Shown here: in pieces, positions 25,824 through 35,205 of the stretch
Layout: every line of letters begins with the position of its first letter
Position numbering within the stretch: position 1 is the stretch's first letter
Source of the DNA: a virus
Taxonomy: Duplodnaviria > Caudoviricetes
Direction: 5' to 3' (one strand)
Length of the DNA stretch: 64,000 nucleotides
Virus record (IMG/VR): IMGVR_UViG_2558309062_000001
Coordinates: 32,573 to 96,572 of that record
The notes under the pieces: generated by a model
Databases searched by the model: none
Told to the model about the DNA's origin: nothing
What the model saw: only the letters and a program-made list of their open reading frames with translations
Made by a program: the position numbers and the translations under genes

Positions 25824-26705
25824 CTAGGCCTTCCTGGCGTTCCAGATAAGCAGGACTTTCGCATGGATCGTGACATCCTCGATCCTGGCCTGCTGATCCT
25901 TGTGCTTCTCGTTGTCAGAGATCAGCCAGAAATGATCTTCGTCGAAGAACTGGAGGCGCTTGATGTACAGATGGCCGTGCCAAGTCAGGACGTAGATCCC
26001 ATCGCCCACGAACTCATTCACGCCGCGATCGACGATCAGCGGGTCTTTGTCGTTGATCGTGCCTTCCATGCTCTGGCCCCAGCCGAAGATCATGGCCAGG
26101 GCTGACTGGGAAGTGAACGTGACGCCTTTCTCGTGAAGAACCGACTCCTTCACGATCACGTTGCGCATGACCTCGGTGTAGTCAGGCGGCACCTGGCCGT
26201 GCCCCATAGAGGCGCGGATATCGTACTGAGGGATGAAGATCTCGTCCTTCTTGACCTTGAGGCCTGAGAAGTCCGCAGAGACGACATTGCTCGGGCGCTC
26301 ATCCACCAGGGAATCGGCCACCGCAGCCGCTATTCTCTGCTGGGCATCCTCGTCCAGCTTCTTCCCCGCGTGCTGACGCAGCATAGCCATGACCTTCTCC
26401 GCCGCCCCGGCCTTGTGATCCGACTCGGCTGAGGGCGCCATGCGCATCCCGCGTATCTCCTCGGCAAGCCTAGGGCTGAATTTCTCCACTGGCACGTCTA
26501 GCAGGCGCGCGAGCACCGCCGCGAACTTGGCGTTCAACGGGTTGATGCCCTTGAAGTAGAGGTTCACAGCTGCCGGCGTCATTCCCGCCTCATCCGCGAT
26601 CTTCTTCTGGCTCAGCTTCAGCTCGTTCTTCCGCGCCAGGAATAAAGCGTGCGCCGCTTCGCATTCAGCCAATCGGTCAGGGGGGAGGATTCGTTTCTTA
26701 GTCAT
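25824..26705 (-). CDS. cI: CI-like repressor (HTH + S24 peptidase)
   Basis: LSQKKIADEAGMTPAAVNLY; SMGHG cleavage region; GQSMEGTI; YIKRL. Confidence 0.93.
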   Translation of the reverse strand: MTKKRILPPDRLAECEAAHALFLARKNELKLSQKKIADEAGMTPAAVNLYFKGINPLNAKFAAVLARLLDVPVEKFSPRLAEEIRGMRMAPSAESDHKAGAAEKVMAMLRQHAGKKLDEDAQQRIAAAVADSLVDERPSNVVSADFSGLKVKKDEIFIPQYDIRASMGHGQVPPDYTEVMRNVIVKESVLHEKGVTFTSQSALAMIFGWGQSMEGTINDKDPLIVDRGVNEFVGDGIYVLTWHGHLYIKRLQFFDEDHFWLISDNEKHKDQQARIEDVTIHAKVLLIWNARKA

Positions 26706-26716
26706 GGCGCGAACAT

Positions 26717-26779
26717 ATACCAACGGTTAAAGAAAGGGCAGAAACCATCGGTATGGACAAATAATCAACCGATGGTTAA
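26717..26779. promoter_or_regulatory. OR operators (three sites) with divergent promoters
   Basis: ATACCAACGGTTAA, GAAACCATCGGTAT, CAACCGATGGTTAA. Confidence 0.82.
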
Positions 26780-26810
26780 TATCCGAGTCATGAACAACCG
26801 AGGCCAGATC

Positions 26811-27005
26811 ATGAATGCGACCCCCCTCGACAAATTTGTTGCTGAAAAAGGGCAGTCCGAAGCCGCCAGGCTTCTTCGTGTGACGGCCCCTGCAATCCAC
26901 AAGGCGCTGATCGCCAAGCGCGATATCAGCGTGTTCCAGCTTCCCGATGGCGGATTCGAAGCGGTCGAGCAACGACCGTTCCCATCTCAGAAATCCGCCG
27001 CCTAA
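26811..27005 (+). CDS. cro: Cro-like repressor
   Basis: GQSEAARLLRVTAPAIHKA..RDISV..RPFPS (lambda Cro-like). Confidence 0.88.
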   Translation: MNATPLDKFVAEKGQSEAARLLRVTAPAIHKALIAKRDISVFQLPDGGFEAVEQRPFPSQKSAA

Positions 27006-27035
27006 CCCATTCCAACCGCAAGGAGCAGTACCCGC

Positions 27036-27248
27036 ATGGCCTATGACAACCCCGCCCATAAGCGCAGCGAAGTAGTGAAGTCCCGCTACAAGCCGGAGGA
27101 CGTTCGCATGCTTCGAATGGAAGCACGCGCGGCCGGGATGCAGTTGGCCACCTACGTCCATGAGCTTTCGATGATCGCCAGGCGCCTTGGCGCTGCTGAG
27201 CTGATCCGCGAAATCCATGGCCACGGCAAACAGGATAAGACGGCTTAA
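27036..27248 (+). CDS. Small regulator in the cII position
   Basis: AGGAG RBS; position after cro. Confidence 0.6.
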   Translation: MAYDNPAHKRSEVVKSRYKPEDVRMLRMEARAAGMQLATYVHELSMIARRLGAAELIREIHGHGKQDKTA

Positions 27249-27266
27249 AGGCCTTATGGAGGGCCT

Positions 27267-27479
27267 ATGCCTGAAAGCACCTTCGATTTGTTGGAGAAGG
27301 GGGCTCAGGAAGAGGTTCGGCAGTTAAGTGCCGAGCTTGGATGGAGCCTCGAATACACCGCCAGCCAGTACTTGGAAGCAGGTCGATCACTGGCGGTACA
27401 GGCCCAGCTAAGGCAGATGAGGCATACAGCCCCGCTGCTTTCGCTGGTAGATCACAAAAAGGGCCTAAATAGCTCCTGA
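27267..27479 (+). CDS. Hypothetical protein
   Basis: GGAGG RBS. Confidence 0.6.
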   Translation: MPESTFDLLEKGAQEEVRQLSAELGWSLEYTASQYLEAGRSLAVQAQLRQMRHTAPLLSLVDHKKGLNSS

Positions 27480-27577
27480 TTGTGAAAAGACAGAGGCCCT
27501 ATTTCGGGCTTCTAGCAGGCACAAAAAAGCCGGGATTGCGGCCCGGCTCTCTGCAACACATAACTGAGACCAATTAT

Positions 27578-28321
27578 ATGCATACGCAGAACCTGAGTCT
27601 ACATCCCAACAAAAGGCCCGCGCCACAAAATGCGGGCCACGTTTCTGTGGCGCGCACGATGTCGTCTCGTGAAATCGCTGACCTGACCGGGAAGCAGCAC
27701 TTCCACGTCAAGCGGGACATCGAAAAGCTACTCGCCGACCTAGGTGAAGATGCATCCACTTTTGGATGCACCTATCTGGACGGCCAGAATCGCACCCAGA
27801 CCGAATACCGACTGGATCGCGAACATACCGATTGCCTGCTAACCGGCTACAGCGCCGCTATGCGCATGGCCGTCATAAAGCGCTGGCGTGAACTGGAGGA
27901 GGGCTCCGGCAGGGTTATCGCAACTTTGCCCGATTTCTCCAATCCTGCCGCTGCCGCACGGGCTTGGGCAGAGCAGTATGAACAACGCCAGGTCGCCCAG
28001 CAGGCCCTGGCCATCGCCGCTCCGAAGGTCGAATTCGTCGACAAGTACGTCGAGTCGACAGGACTGAAGGGCTTCCGCCAGACCGCCAAGCTCCTGAGGG
28101 CTAATGAGGCCCGCTTCCGCGAGTTCCTGCTCGACAAGAAGATCATGTATCGCATGGGCGGCGAGTGGCAGGCCTATCAGCAGCACATCGATGCTGGCCG
28201 GTTCGACATAAAGACCGGTACCAGCGAAAGCGGTCACGCCTTCAATCAAGCCAAATTCACCCCAAAGGGCGTCACCTGGGTGGCTGGCCTGTGGGCACAG
28301 TACAACCTGGAGGCCCAATGA
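27578..28321 (+). CDS. Rha-family / KilAC-domain antirepressor
   Basis: TMSSREIADLTGKQH.HV.RDI; APKVEFVD; FTPKGV.W. Confidence 0.88.
   Translation: MHTQNLSLHPNKRPAPQNAGHVSVARTMSSREIADLTGKQHFHVKRDIEKLLADLGEDASTFGCTYLDGQNRTQTEYRLDREHTDCLLTGYSAAMRMAVIKRWRELEEGSGRVIATLPDFSNPAAAARAWAEQYEQRQVAQQALAIAAPKVEFVDKYVESTGLKGFRQTAKLLRANEARFREFLLDKKIMYRMGGEWQAYQQHIDAGRFDIKTGTSESGHAFNQAKFTPKGVTWVAGLWAQYNLEAQ
27619..27654. repeat. 36-bp inverted-repeat site, copy 2
   Basis: CGCGCCACA-N18-TGTGGCGCG. Confidence 0.6.
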
Positions 28322-29127
28322 TGGCCCGTTCAAGAAACATCAAGCCAGGGTTCTTCTCGAACGAACACCTGGCAGAGCTGGACTTTGCCACTCGCCTCCT
28401 GTTCATCGGCCTCTGGACCGAAGCTGACAGGGAAGGGCGCCTGGAAGATCGCCCGCGCCGCCTGAAAATGGCCCTGTTCCCGGCTGACAATGTCGACCTC
28501 GATCGCATGCTCGATGACCTGGATCATTTGGGGTTCATTAAGCGGTACACCGTTGGCGAGCTCAAGGCCATCCAGGTGGTGAACTGGGCGAAGCACCAGA
28601 ACCCGCACGTCAAGGAAGCCAAGAGCACTATCCCTGGAATCCCCATAGTAGACGCATGCCGGGGAAAGCATGAGGAAAGCACCATGCAAGCACCAGACTC
28701 GCACAGTTCTTTCCCTGCTGATTCCCTCTCTCTTGATTCCGGATTCCTGATTCCTGATTCCCTCACCCCGTCGCCCGCGCCGGTCGATTCCGCCGAGCTG
28801 TTCGCGCGCTTCTGGAAGCTGTATCCGCGCAAGGTTGGGAAGGACAAGGCCGAGAAGGCCTGGGCAAAGCTCAAGCTCACTGCGGAGCTGTTCGACACCA
28901 TCGTCACCGCCCTGGCCAAGCACCGGCAGTTGCCCGGCTGGACGAAGGACAACGGCCAGTTCATCCCCCACGCGGCCACCTGGCTCAACGGGAAGCGCTG
29001 GGAGGATGAGGTCGAGCTTCCTGCTGACAACGTGCACCACCTACCAACCAGCCGCCACCACGGCTTCGCTGACCGCGACTACACCGCAGGGCTGAGGCAG
29101 CGGGAGGACGGCAGCTATGCGCTCTGA
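28318..29127 (+). CDS. Replication initiator (O-like)
   Basis: MARSRNIKPGFF, ADREGRL, FWKLYPRKVGK, ATWLNGKRW. Confidence 0.88.
   Translation: MMARSRNIKPGFFSNEHLAELDFATRLLFIGLWTEADREGRLEDRPRRLKMALFPADNVDLDRMLDDLDHLGFIKRYTVGELKAIQVVNWAKHQNPHVKEAKSTIPGIPIVDACRGKHEESTMQAPDSHSSFPADSLSLDSGFLIPDSLTPSPAPVDSAELFARFWKLYPRKVGKDKAEKAWAKLKLTAELFDTIVTALAKHRQLPGWTKDNGQFIPHAATWLNGKRWEDEVELPADNVHHLPTSRHHGFADRDYTAGLRQREDGSYAL
28665..28764. repeat. Probable replication origin iterons
   Basis: GCA(C/T) at an 11-bp period (28668-28704) followed by (T/G)GATTCC x5. Confidence 0.55.
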
Positions 29128-29923
29128 AAAAGTCGTCCAGATCGATCAGGGCGCGGTCGTAGCCCGCATTCAGCCAGCCGAGTGCGAGAAGCACGGCGCC
29201 TTCGAGCAGAAGGTAACCATGCTGTTGGGCAAGGCTCTGCGCAGCCACTGCCCTGAATGCGCTCGCATTGCCAAGGAGGAGCGCGAAGCCCGCGCAGAGG
29301 CCGAGCAGGCCCTGAACGTGCGCCTGGCGATCTCCCGGAAGCTGGGCGATTCGCTGATCCCGAAGCGCTTCGCTGATCGCTCGCTGGCGAACTACAAGGC
29401 CGAGCATAAGGGCCAGGCGGAGGCGCTGCGCTTCTGCCGCCACTACGTGAAGACCTTTGACCAGATTGCCGAGAACGGGCGCTGCATGGTGCTGCTGGGC
29501 AAGCCAGGCACCGGCAAGACCCACCTGGGCGCCGGCATGGCCAACGACCTGATGCGCAACACCTCGCATTCAGCCGTGTACCGCACGGTAGGTTCGATCC
29601 TGCAGGCCATCCGCGCCACCTACGACCGCTCCAGCGAGGCGACCGAGGCGAGCATTCTGGCCAGCCTGATCGAGCCGTCACTGTTGGTGCTGGACGAGGT
29701 GGGCGTGAGCAAGGAGCAGCCTAGCGACTTCGAGCTGACGACCCTGTTCGCGATCATCAACGGCCGGTACGAGCAGGTGAAGCCCACGGTGGTGATCTCG
29801 AACCTTGGCCCCGAGCAGTTGCCGGTGGCCATGGGCGAGCGCTGCGTCGACCGCCTGCGCGAGGGCGGAATGATCGTTGTCCCGTTCGAGTGGGAATCGC
29901 ACCGCGGCAAGGAGGGCATCTGA
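29117..29923 (+). CDS. DnaC/IstB-like helicase loader
   Basis: GKPGTGKT, LLVLDEVG, Zn-binding CxxH..CxxC; follows the initiator. Confidence 0.9.
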   Translation: MRSEKVVQIDQGAVVARIQPAECEKHGAFEQKVTMLLGKALRSHCPECARIAKEEREARAEAEQALNVRLAISRKLGDSLIPKRFADRSLANYKAEHKGQAEALRFCRHYVKTFDQIAENGRCMVLLGKPGTGKTHLGAGMANDLMRNTSHSAVYRTVGSILQAIRATYDRSSEATEASILASLIEPSLLVLDEVGVSKEQPSDFELTTLFAIINGRYEQVKPTVVISNLGPEQLPVAMGERCVDRLREGGMIVVPFEWESHRGKEGI

Positions 29924-30294
29924 TGATCGTTATCGCATGTGGCGGACGAGATTTCGCTGATGGTGCGTTTGTGGTGAGTGCGCTGGACGCCTTGCACCGT
30001 AAAACCCCGATCAGCGTATTGCTCAACGGCGGTGCAACTGGAGCTGATCGCCATGCCTTGATGTGGGCAGCTTCTGCGGGGGTTGACCACATCACCTACC
30101 ACGCCAACTGGAAGAAGCACGGTAAGGCGGCTGGCCCGAGGAGAAATACCGAGATGCTCAAGGCGGCAATCAGCATTGGCGCGCAACGTGGCGAAACGGT
30201 AGGGCTCGTTGCCTTCGCAGGCGGCGCAGGAACTGCCGATATGAAGCGCCAGAGCCAGAAAGCCAACGTGAAAGTCTGGGAGCCAGTCCAATGA
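29923..30294 (+). CDS. SLOG-family (DUF2493-like) protein
   Basis: VIACGGRDF, GGATGAD, W.KHGKAAGPRRN.EM, GGAGTADM. Confidence 0.85.
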   Translation: MIVIACGGRDFADGAFVVSALDALHRKTPISVLLNGGATGADRHALMWAASAGVDHITYHANWKKHGKAAGPRRNTEMLKAAISIGAQRGETVGLVAFAGGAGTADMKRQSQKANVKVWEPVQ

Positions 30295-30482
30295 CGCCTG
30301 CACAAGAAATCACAGTCGCCCATCTCAAGACCCAGGGCTTCGCACAGGTCGTAGAAGGCCGGGAAATCGTCCGCATGACCAAGGGCGCAGACCGCCGTGT
30401 CGTGATGGCTGATGGCAGCCAGAAGCGCGGGTATCACGTTGAGTTCAAGCGCGCCGGGCAGCCGGCCGGGGAGGGGGTGTGA
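30291..30482 (+). CDS. Hypothetical protein
   Basis: ATGA coupling. Confidence 0.65.
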   Translation: MTPAQEITVAHLKTQGFAQVVEGREIVRMTKGADRRVVMADGSQKRGYHVEFKRAGQPAGEGV

Positions 30483-30712
30483 TGGCCACTCCGCATTGGG
30501 ATGATGCGCCCAGCTGGTCGAACTGGCTGGCTCAGGACGAAGAGGGTGACTGGCACTGGTTTGAATCCGAGCCAGTGGCAGACAGCTGCCGGAGCAAGCT
30601 TGGATTCTGGCGTCGGATTGAGGGTCGCTGCAATTGGGCACGGAAAACGCCGTGCTACCGGCACTGGTACGAAACGCTCACCGACCGACCGCCTCAGCAG
30701 GAGAAGCACTGA
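30479..30712 (+). CDS. Hypothetical protein
   Basis: WDDAPSWSNWLAQDEEG.W.W motif. Confidence 0.7.
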   Translation: MMATPHWDDAPSWSNWLAQDEEGDWHWFESEPVADSCRSKLGFWRRIEGRCNWARKTPCYRHWYETLTDRPPQQEKH

Positions 30713-30984
30713 TGGACACCAACAAGATGCGCGCAGAGTTCGAGGAGGCTTTCGTCGAGGAAGAGGTTCGCCTGCTTGGTGAAGGGTTCCGCAGCTCGGC
30801 CCTGTACATGATCGAGAAAAACACCGTCAACGTGCGTTCGGCGTGGTGGGCTTGGCAGGCCTCCCGCGAGGCCGTGGTGGTGGAGCTGCCAAAGTTCGAC
30901 GACTACCCGGCCAGCATGGAGCGCGACATGCGTGAGTCGCTGCGTTCTGCGGTCGAGGCCCAGGGCCTGAAGGTGTCGCCATGA
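30712..30984 (+). CDS. Hypothetical protein
   Basis: MRAEFE..AWWAWQASR..VVELP. Confidence 0.7.
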   Translation: MDTNKMRAEFEEAFVEEEVRLLGEGFRSSALYMIEKNTVNVRSAWWAWQASREAVVVELPKFDDYPASMERDMRESLRSAVEAQGLKVSP

Positions 30985-31280
30985 CCGAAGTCCATCGCTA
31001 CAAAGTCGTCAAGATGCTTTCCGAGGGTGGCAACCGGATCAGCTACGACCCACACGGCCCCGAGGTGGTGATGGCAGAAGCCTATGACCAGCTCAAGGCC
31101 GAGAACGAGGCGCTGCGCAAAGCCCTAGGCAAAATCAGCGTGCAAGTTGATGGAAACATCAGGTGCGCTGTCCGTGACGTAGTCAATGGCCTGCCAGATG
31201 TGCAGGACATCTACGGCTACTGCGACAACATTGACGAGATTATTGAGGCGGCCATGGCCAAGGAGGCGAGCCATGGCTGA
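30981..31280 (+). CDS. Hypothetical protein
   Basis: Coupled; DQLKAENEALRK. Confidence 0.65.
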   Translation: MTEVHRYKVVKMLSEGGNRISYDPHGPEVVMAEAYDQLKAENEALRKALGKISVQVDGNIRCAVRDVVNGLPDVQDIYGYCDNIDEIIEAAMAKEASHG

Positions 31281-31671
31281 GTTCGCCATCCGCAGCAGCC
31301 AGGATCTCAATCGGCTCTACGGCGCCCTGCACGCCATCGACCTGACCAAGCCCAAGGTGGTGGTCATCAAGGACGAGAAGCGCCCCGACGTCTGCAACCG
31401 GAAGATGTGGGCAATGCTCCGCGACGTCTCCCAGCAGGTCGAGTGGTACGGCCGCAAGCTCACCGACGAGGACTGGAAGCACATCTTCAGCGCGGCGGTG
31501 CAGAAGCAGGACGCGGTGCCGGGTATCGACGGCGGCTTCGTCGTCCTGGGCGTCTCTACCCGCAAGCAGTCGCAGAAGTGGTTCAGCGACTTGTTCGAGG
31601 TGATGCATGCCTTCGGCGCTGAGCATGGTGTGCGCTGGACTGAGCCTGACCGGTGGGGAGGCCAGTACTGA
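31273..31671 (+). CDS. ninB: NinB-like recombination protein
   Basis: NRKMWAML.DVSQQVEW..EDWK.IF..GIDGGFVVLG.ST. Confidence 0.88.
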   Translation: MAEFAIRSSQDLNRLYGALHAIDLTKPKVVVIKDEKRPDVCNRKMWAMLRDVSQQVEWYGRKLTDEDWKHIFSAAVQKQDAVPGIDGGFVVLGVSTRKQSQKWFSDLFEVMHAFGAEHGVRWTEPDRWGGQY

Positions 31672-32273
31672 TGTTCGCCAAGGAGATCAAGCCGAAGAAG
31701 TGCAAGGCGCCGGGTTGCGGCAAGCACTTTAAGCCGTCCATGACCACGCAGAAGGTATGCAGCATCGCCTGCGCCAAGGCCATGGCTAAGGACCCGAAGC
31801 TGCAGAAGGTGGCGGCCAAGGCCATCACCAAGCAGGCCCGCCAGGACCTGCAGGAGCGCCGGGAGAAGCTGAAGACCCGTCGCGAGCATATGGCGGAGGC
31901 CCAGACCGCGTTCAATGCCTACATCCGCGAGCGCGACGCCGGCCTGCCGTGCATCAGCTGCGATTCGTTGCCGAGCGACCACGACCTCATCACCGGCAGC
32001 CGCTGGGACGCCGGGCATTACCGTTCAGTGGGCGCCTGCCCGGAGCTGCGCTTTGAGCCGCTGAACGTCCACCGCCAGTGCGTGAAGTGCAACCGGAACC
32101 TGTCGGGGAACGCGGTTGAGTACCGTATCCGGCTGATGAAGCGCATTGGCGCCGAAGCCGTAGAGTTCCTCGAAGGGCCTCATAAGCCCCAGCGCCTGAC
32201 CATCGAAGACCTGCAGGCCATCAAGGCCCTGTACAGGCAAAAACTCAAAGACCTTAGGAGGGCAGCAGCATGA
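31671..32273 (+). CDS. ninG: NinG / Rap-like endonuclease
   Basis: FNAYIRERD..PCISC, DAGHYRS, NVHRQCVKCN. Confidence 0.9.
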   Translation: MFAKEIKPKKCKAPGCGKHFKPSMTTQKVCSIACAKAMAKDPKLQKVAAKAITKQARQDLQERREKLKTRREHMAEAQTAFNAYIRERDAGLPCISCDSLPSDHDLITGSRWDAGHYRSVGACPELRFEPLNVHRQCVKCNRNLSGNAVEYRIRLMKRIGAEAVEFLEGPHKPQRLTIEDLQAIKALYRQKLKDLRRAAA

Positions 32274-32392
32274 CCTGGACCACCGAACAAATCGTCGGCC
32301 TGCTCCTGCTGGCCATGTTCATCAGTTCCACCTGGTGCGTCACGCGCGGCCAGCTCATCGCAAATCGCCGGAAGAAGGAGAACGGCCAATGA
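32270..32392 (+). CDS. Small TM protein (40 aa)
   Basis: MTWTTEQIVGLLLLAMFISS; ATGA overlaps at both ends. Confidence 0.55.
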   Translation: MTWTTEQIVGLLLLAMFISSTWCVTRGQLIANRRKKENGQ

Positions 32393-33078
32393 AGTACCAA
32401 AGCGTTTTGGCAGCAGTGGTTCGCGCCCTGGCGGCGGATACCGTAAGCGGTGTAGGTGGTGGCGACTTCGAGCCAAAGGTGCAGGCCTCGAAGCTGAAGG
32501 GAGAGATCACCGGCAAGGATGCTGCGATGCTCGTGGACTGCTGGGTGCACGCCCGCCTGCACAGCAAGTTGATCCCGCGGCACTGGAGCGCGCTGACGGC
32601 CAGGTTCTCGACCCACAAGGCCAAGAAGGTGGAGGCGATCGGCAAGCTGGTTCCGCTGATTGCCTCCCAGGCGCCGAACCTGTTCCGGTACAAGGCGGTG
32701 ACGGCCTGGGCCATTCCGCCGGTAAAGGGCGTGCACGCGCAGTCGGGCCGAGAGGTGGCAAGCAGATCTGCCCGTGATCGCGCTGACTTTGATGCGCTTA
32801 CCGATGCCGTGCGGAAGCAACTGGCCGGCGAGTCGGTGGCGGATGGCGAAGACCGGGCACGCCGCGAGCAGTACGTGAAGCGCTCCACCGACATGATCGT
32901 GCTTCCGGCCGAGTTCTACGACATCAACACCTGGGACGGCCAGGGCCTGAATCGGACCACCTACTGGCGCTGGAAGAAGGCTATCGAGAGCGTGCTTGAC
33001 GAGATGGTGGCCGAGGCTCTGGTGGCCGCCAGCAAGATTCTGGAGGACGAAGGCATTTTGATGGCGAATGCCGCTTGA
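32389..33078 (+). CDS. Q-like late gene regulator
   Basis: Q position after ninG; followed by a promoter and terminator. Confidence 0.65.
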   Translation: MKYQSVLAAVVRALAADTVSGVGGGDFEPKVQASKLKGEITGKDAAMLVDCWVHARLHSKLIPRHWSALTARFSTHKAKKVEAIGKLVPLIASQAPNLFRYKAVTAWAIPPVKGVHAQSGREVASRSARDRADFDALTDAVRKQLAGESVADGEDRARREQYVKRSTDMIVLPAEFYDINTWDGQGLNRTTYWRWKKAIESVLDEMVAEALVAASKILEDEGILMANAA

Positions 33079-33103
33079 CACCCGTGCAACGATGCAACAT
33101 TAT
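33075..33103 (+). promoter_or_regulatory. PR'-like late promoter
   Basis: TTGACA-17bp-CATTAT with a TGCAAC direct repeat in the spacer. Confidence 0.7.
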
Positions 33104-33146
33104 TTGCTCATCCTGTCATTCCTGCGTGTGTTGAGGATTGAAGAAC

Positions 33147-33175
33147 AAAGCCCGGCCATCGTGTCGGGCTTTTTG
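33147..33175 (+). terminator. tR'-like terminator
   Basis: AAGCCCGGC-catcgt-GTCGGGCTTTT. Confidence 0.75.
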
Positions 33176-33229
33176 TTGCGCGCTGCACTCGTTATGGGCA
33201 CATTGCCATCCTCACAACGGAGGTTGGCG

Positions 33230-33502
33230 ATGGTAAGAAGCAAGCGCAAGGCGTTCTCTTTGCTGCAGATGGTAGAGCTGCACGGTGATTTAGGTGGGTT
33301 GTCGCTGCCAGACATTCGCTCAGAAGTTGAGCGGACTGATTTTGCCTGGGCTGGCACCGACGCTTACCACCTGCAACTGTTGGTTCAGGGTGGTTTTCTT
33401 GCCAAGTCAGAACCAACGGATCAGATGCCGGCAAAGGTTCAGCTAACGTGGTCAGGGCATGACCTCCTCGATTCACTTCGGGAAGAATTTGGCGAGACTT
33501 GA
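33230..33502 (+). CDS. DUF2513-like winged-helix moron
   Basis: YHLQLL..GGFL..LTWSGHDLLDSLR; GGAGG RBS; own terminator near 33520-33545. Confidence 0.65.
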   Translation: MVRSKRKAFSLLQMVELHGDLGGLSLPDIRSEVERTDFAWAGTDAYHLQLLVQGGFLAKSEPTDQMPAKVQLTWSGHDLLDSLREEFGET

Positions 33503-33562
33503 TCCGCGCGCTCCCTTGATACCCCGCCTAGAGCGGGGTTTTTCTTGCCCGCAGGAAATCGC

Positions 33563-33826
33563 ATGAAGCCATCAGCCGCATGGAGCCTACTGGCATTCGC
33601 GCTGGCCCTGGCCAGCTACGCCCTACACCGCGACATCAGCGCCAACGTCTTCCTTGGCTGCGTCTTCATCATTCAGGGCCTCAAAAGGCCCGACGGTTCG
33701 GCCCAAGAGCGCCGGGCCACATTCCTGGCTGCCGCACTGAGCGCTGGCATCCTCATTTTCGCGCTTTGGGCACTCGCCACCGGCCTCGACATCCGCGGCC
33801 CGGCGCCATTCCGCTACAAACACTAA
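33563..33826 (+). CDS. Small multi-TM protein
   Basis: Three hydrophobic segments; AGGA RBS. Confidence 0.6.
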   Translation: MKPSAAWSLLAFALALASYALHRDISANVFLGCVFIIQGLKRPDGSAQERRATFLAAALSAGILIFALWALATGLDIRGPAPFRYKH

Positions 33827-33836
33827 GGGACTGAAC

Positions 33837-34226
33837 ATGGCCGATGCCGCTACCCCAGCAGCTTGCACGGTTGTAGGGTTGGGCGGCATTGCCCTCGCAA
33901 GCTGCCTCCCCACGATCGACCTCAACGCTGTTGTCTGCGCCTTCGGTGGCGCACTGCTCTTCATCCTCTGGGCGAAGGACATCAACCTGTGGCAACGCCT
34001 CGGGTACTTGCTCGTCGGCTGGATCGGCGGGTACTACGGCTCTGCCGAGATCCTGGCTCAGGCTTGGACGAAGACCAGTGGCATTGCCGCCTTCGCCTGC
34101 GGCCTGGCCACGGTCCTGGTGAGTATCAGCGTTCTGGAGTCGTTCAACACCGGCAAACTGCCGAAGTGGGTAACCGAGCTGCCAGCAGCGATTGGCAGCC
34201 TGTTCCCCAAGCGAGGGGGCCAATGA
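33837..34226 (+). CDS. Putative holin
   Basis: Multi-TM; AFGGALLF motif; first late genes. Confidence 0.7.
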   Translation: MADAATPAACTVVGLGGIALASCLPTIDLNAVVCAFGGALLFILWAKDINLWQRLGYLLVGWIGGYYGSAEILAQAWTKTSGIAAFACGLATVLVSISVLESFNTGKLPKWVTELPAAIGSLFPKRGGQ

Positions 34227-34525
34227 CCCTAGACCAAACCATCACCCTGGCTCATGCCGGGTTCTGCGGCGGTATCTGCTTCGTCATCGCGTTCATGTAC
34301 CGGCGGGGCGGCTCGAGCTACAAGTTCCTGCCCAGCCTGTGCGCCTTCTGCCTGGCCTCCCTGTTCGGTCAGGAGTGGCTGAGCATCATCGGCGCGATCC
34401 TACTCTACGGGCAGTGGCCGGTCACCTCGGTGCCCAGCACGCTGATCTTCGGGATCCTGTTCATCCTGGCGCTGCGCTCGAAGGGCAACGTGGCCAGGTT
34501 GTTCGATCAGTCGCGGCGGCGGTAA
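34223..34525 (+). CDS. Putative 3-TM holin
   Basis: YRRGGSSYK..S...KGNVARL. Confidence 0.75.
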   Translation: MTLDQTITLAHAGFCGGICFVIAFMYRRGGSSYKFLPSLCAFCLASLFGQEWLSIIGAILLYGQWPVTSVPSTLIFGILFILALRSKGNVARLFDQSRRR

Positions 34526-34526
34526 T

Positions 34527-34563
34527 CGCACCAGAAATTCGAGGCGCGCCGTTTCGTGGCGCT
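34527..34563. repeat. 37-bp inverted-repeat site, copy 3 (degenerate)
   Basis: CGCACCAGA-N19-CGTGGCGCT just after the holin stop. Confidence 0.5.
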
Positions 34564-34568
34564 CGCAG

Positions 34569-34955
34569 TTACGAGTTTTCGGCTACGAACCGTTGTAGGC
34601 CGTCGATGGCGTAAGAGAGCTCGAACTCCACTTCATGCAGGCCTCGAGCCCAGAGCTCGCTCTTAGGGCTTGTGTCAGTGCGCAAGCGGAAGTTGGCGGA
34701 CGTGCTTCTGACTGCAGGGCCGAAGAAGAACTGCTCCAGCCCAGTCTTTGCCATCTTTCGCCTAGAAAGGGTTTCATGCTTGGCTGCTTCCTTGATTTCA
34801 TTCTTAAGGGAAGAGAGGCGGTGTTTCATCGAGTCGATGTTGGCCGGGGAGAGGCTGGACTTGTCAGCGGCTTGGTCAGCCAAGCTGCGCGCCTCGTCGT
34901 GCCAGCGTTGAAGCTCAGCTGCAATTGCCGCAGCTTCCTGAAGATCAATATCCAT
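34569..34955 (-). CDS. Antisense moron, hypothetical
   Basis: 128-aa ORF with lower GC. Confidence 0.6.
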   Translation of the reverse strand: MDIDLQEAAAIAAELQRWHDEARSLADQAADKSSLSPANIDSMKHRLSSLKNEIKEAAKHETLSRRKMAKTGLEQFFFGPAVRSTSANFRLRTDTSPKSELWARGLHEVEFELSYAIDGLQRFVAENS

Positions 34956-35007
34956 ATAGGCACCATTTCATGTGAGGTGTGCCGCAGGTGAGTGCGGCAC
35001 AGGATCA

Positions 35008-35205
35008 TCATTTGATCTTAACAGCCTCCTGAATTTGGTCGGCGTACTTGGAAAGGCGGCTCATTTCTGCTTCAAGATCTGCGCCTTCTGAGCTAACGCG
35101 AGCGATGATCAAGTCGATCGCTGCCTCGACTGCAACGAGTCGTTTCCCTTCCGCTCCCGATTGGGCGTATGCGTTCACGCGGAAGGTTTTGATTTGATCT
35201 GCCAT
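35008..35205 (-). CDS. Antisense moron, hypothetical
   Basis: AAGGA RBS; upstream TTGAAA-17-TATTGG on the minus strand. Confidence 0.7.
   Translation of the reverse strand: MADQIKTFRVNAYAQSGAEGKRLVAVEAAIDLIIARVSSEGADLEAEMSRLSKYADQIQEAVKIK

Noticed and set aside
28719-28761. CRISPR-like array or contingency repeat (TGATTCC)n
   Set aside because: A few heptamers inside the initiator gene at the usual lambdoid ori position, with no spacers. No CRISPR array or cas gene is seen in the window.
29117-29923. Second IS21 istB
   Set aside because: No istA or terminal repeats. It is coupled to the phage initiator and has an N-terminal Zn motif, so it is a DnaC-like loader.
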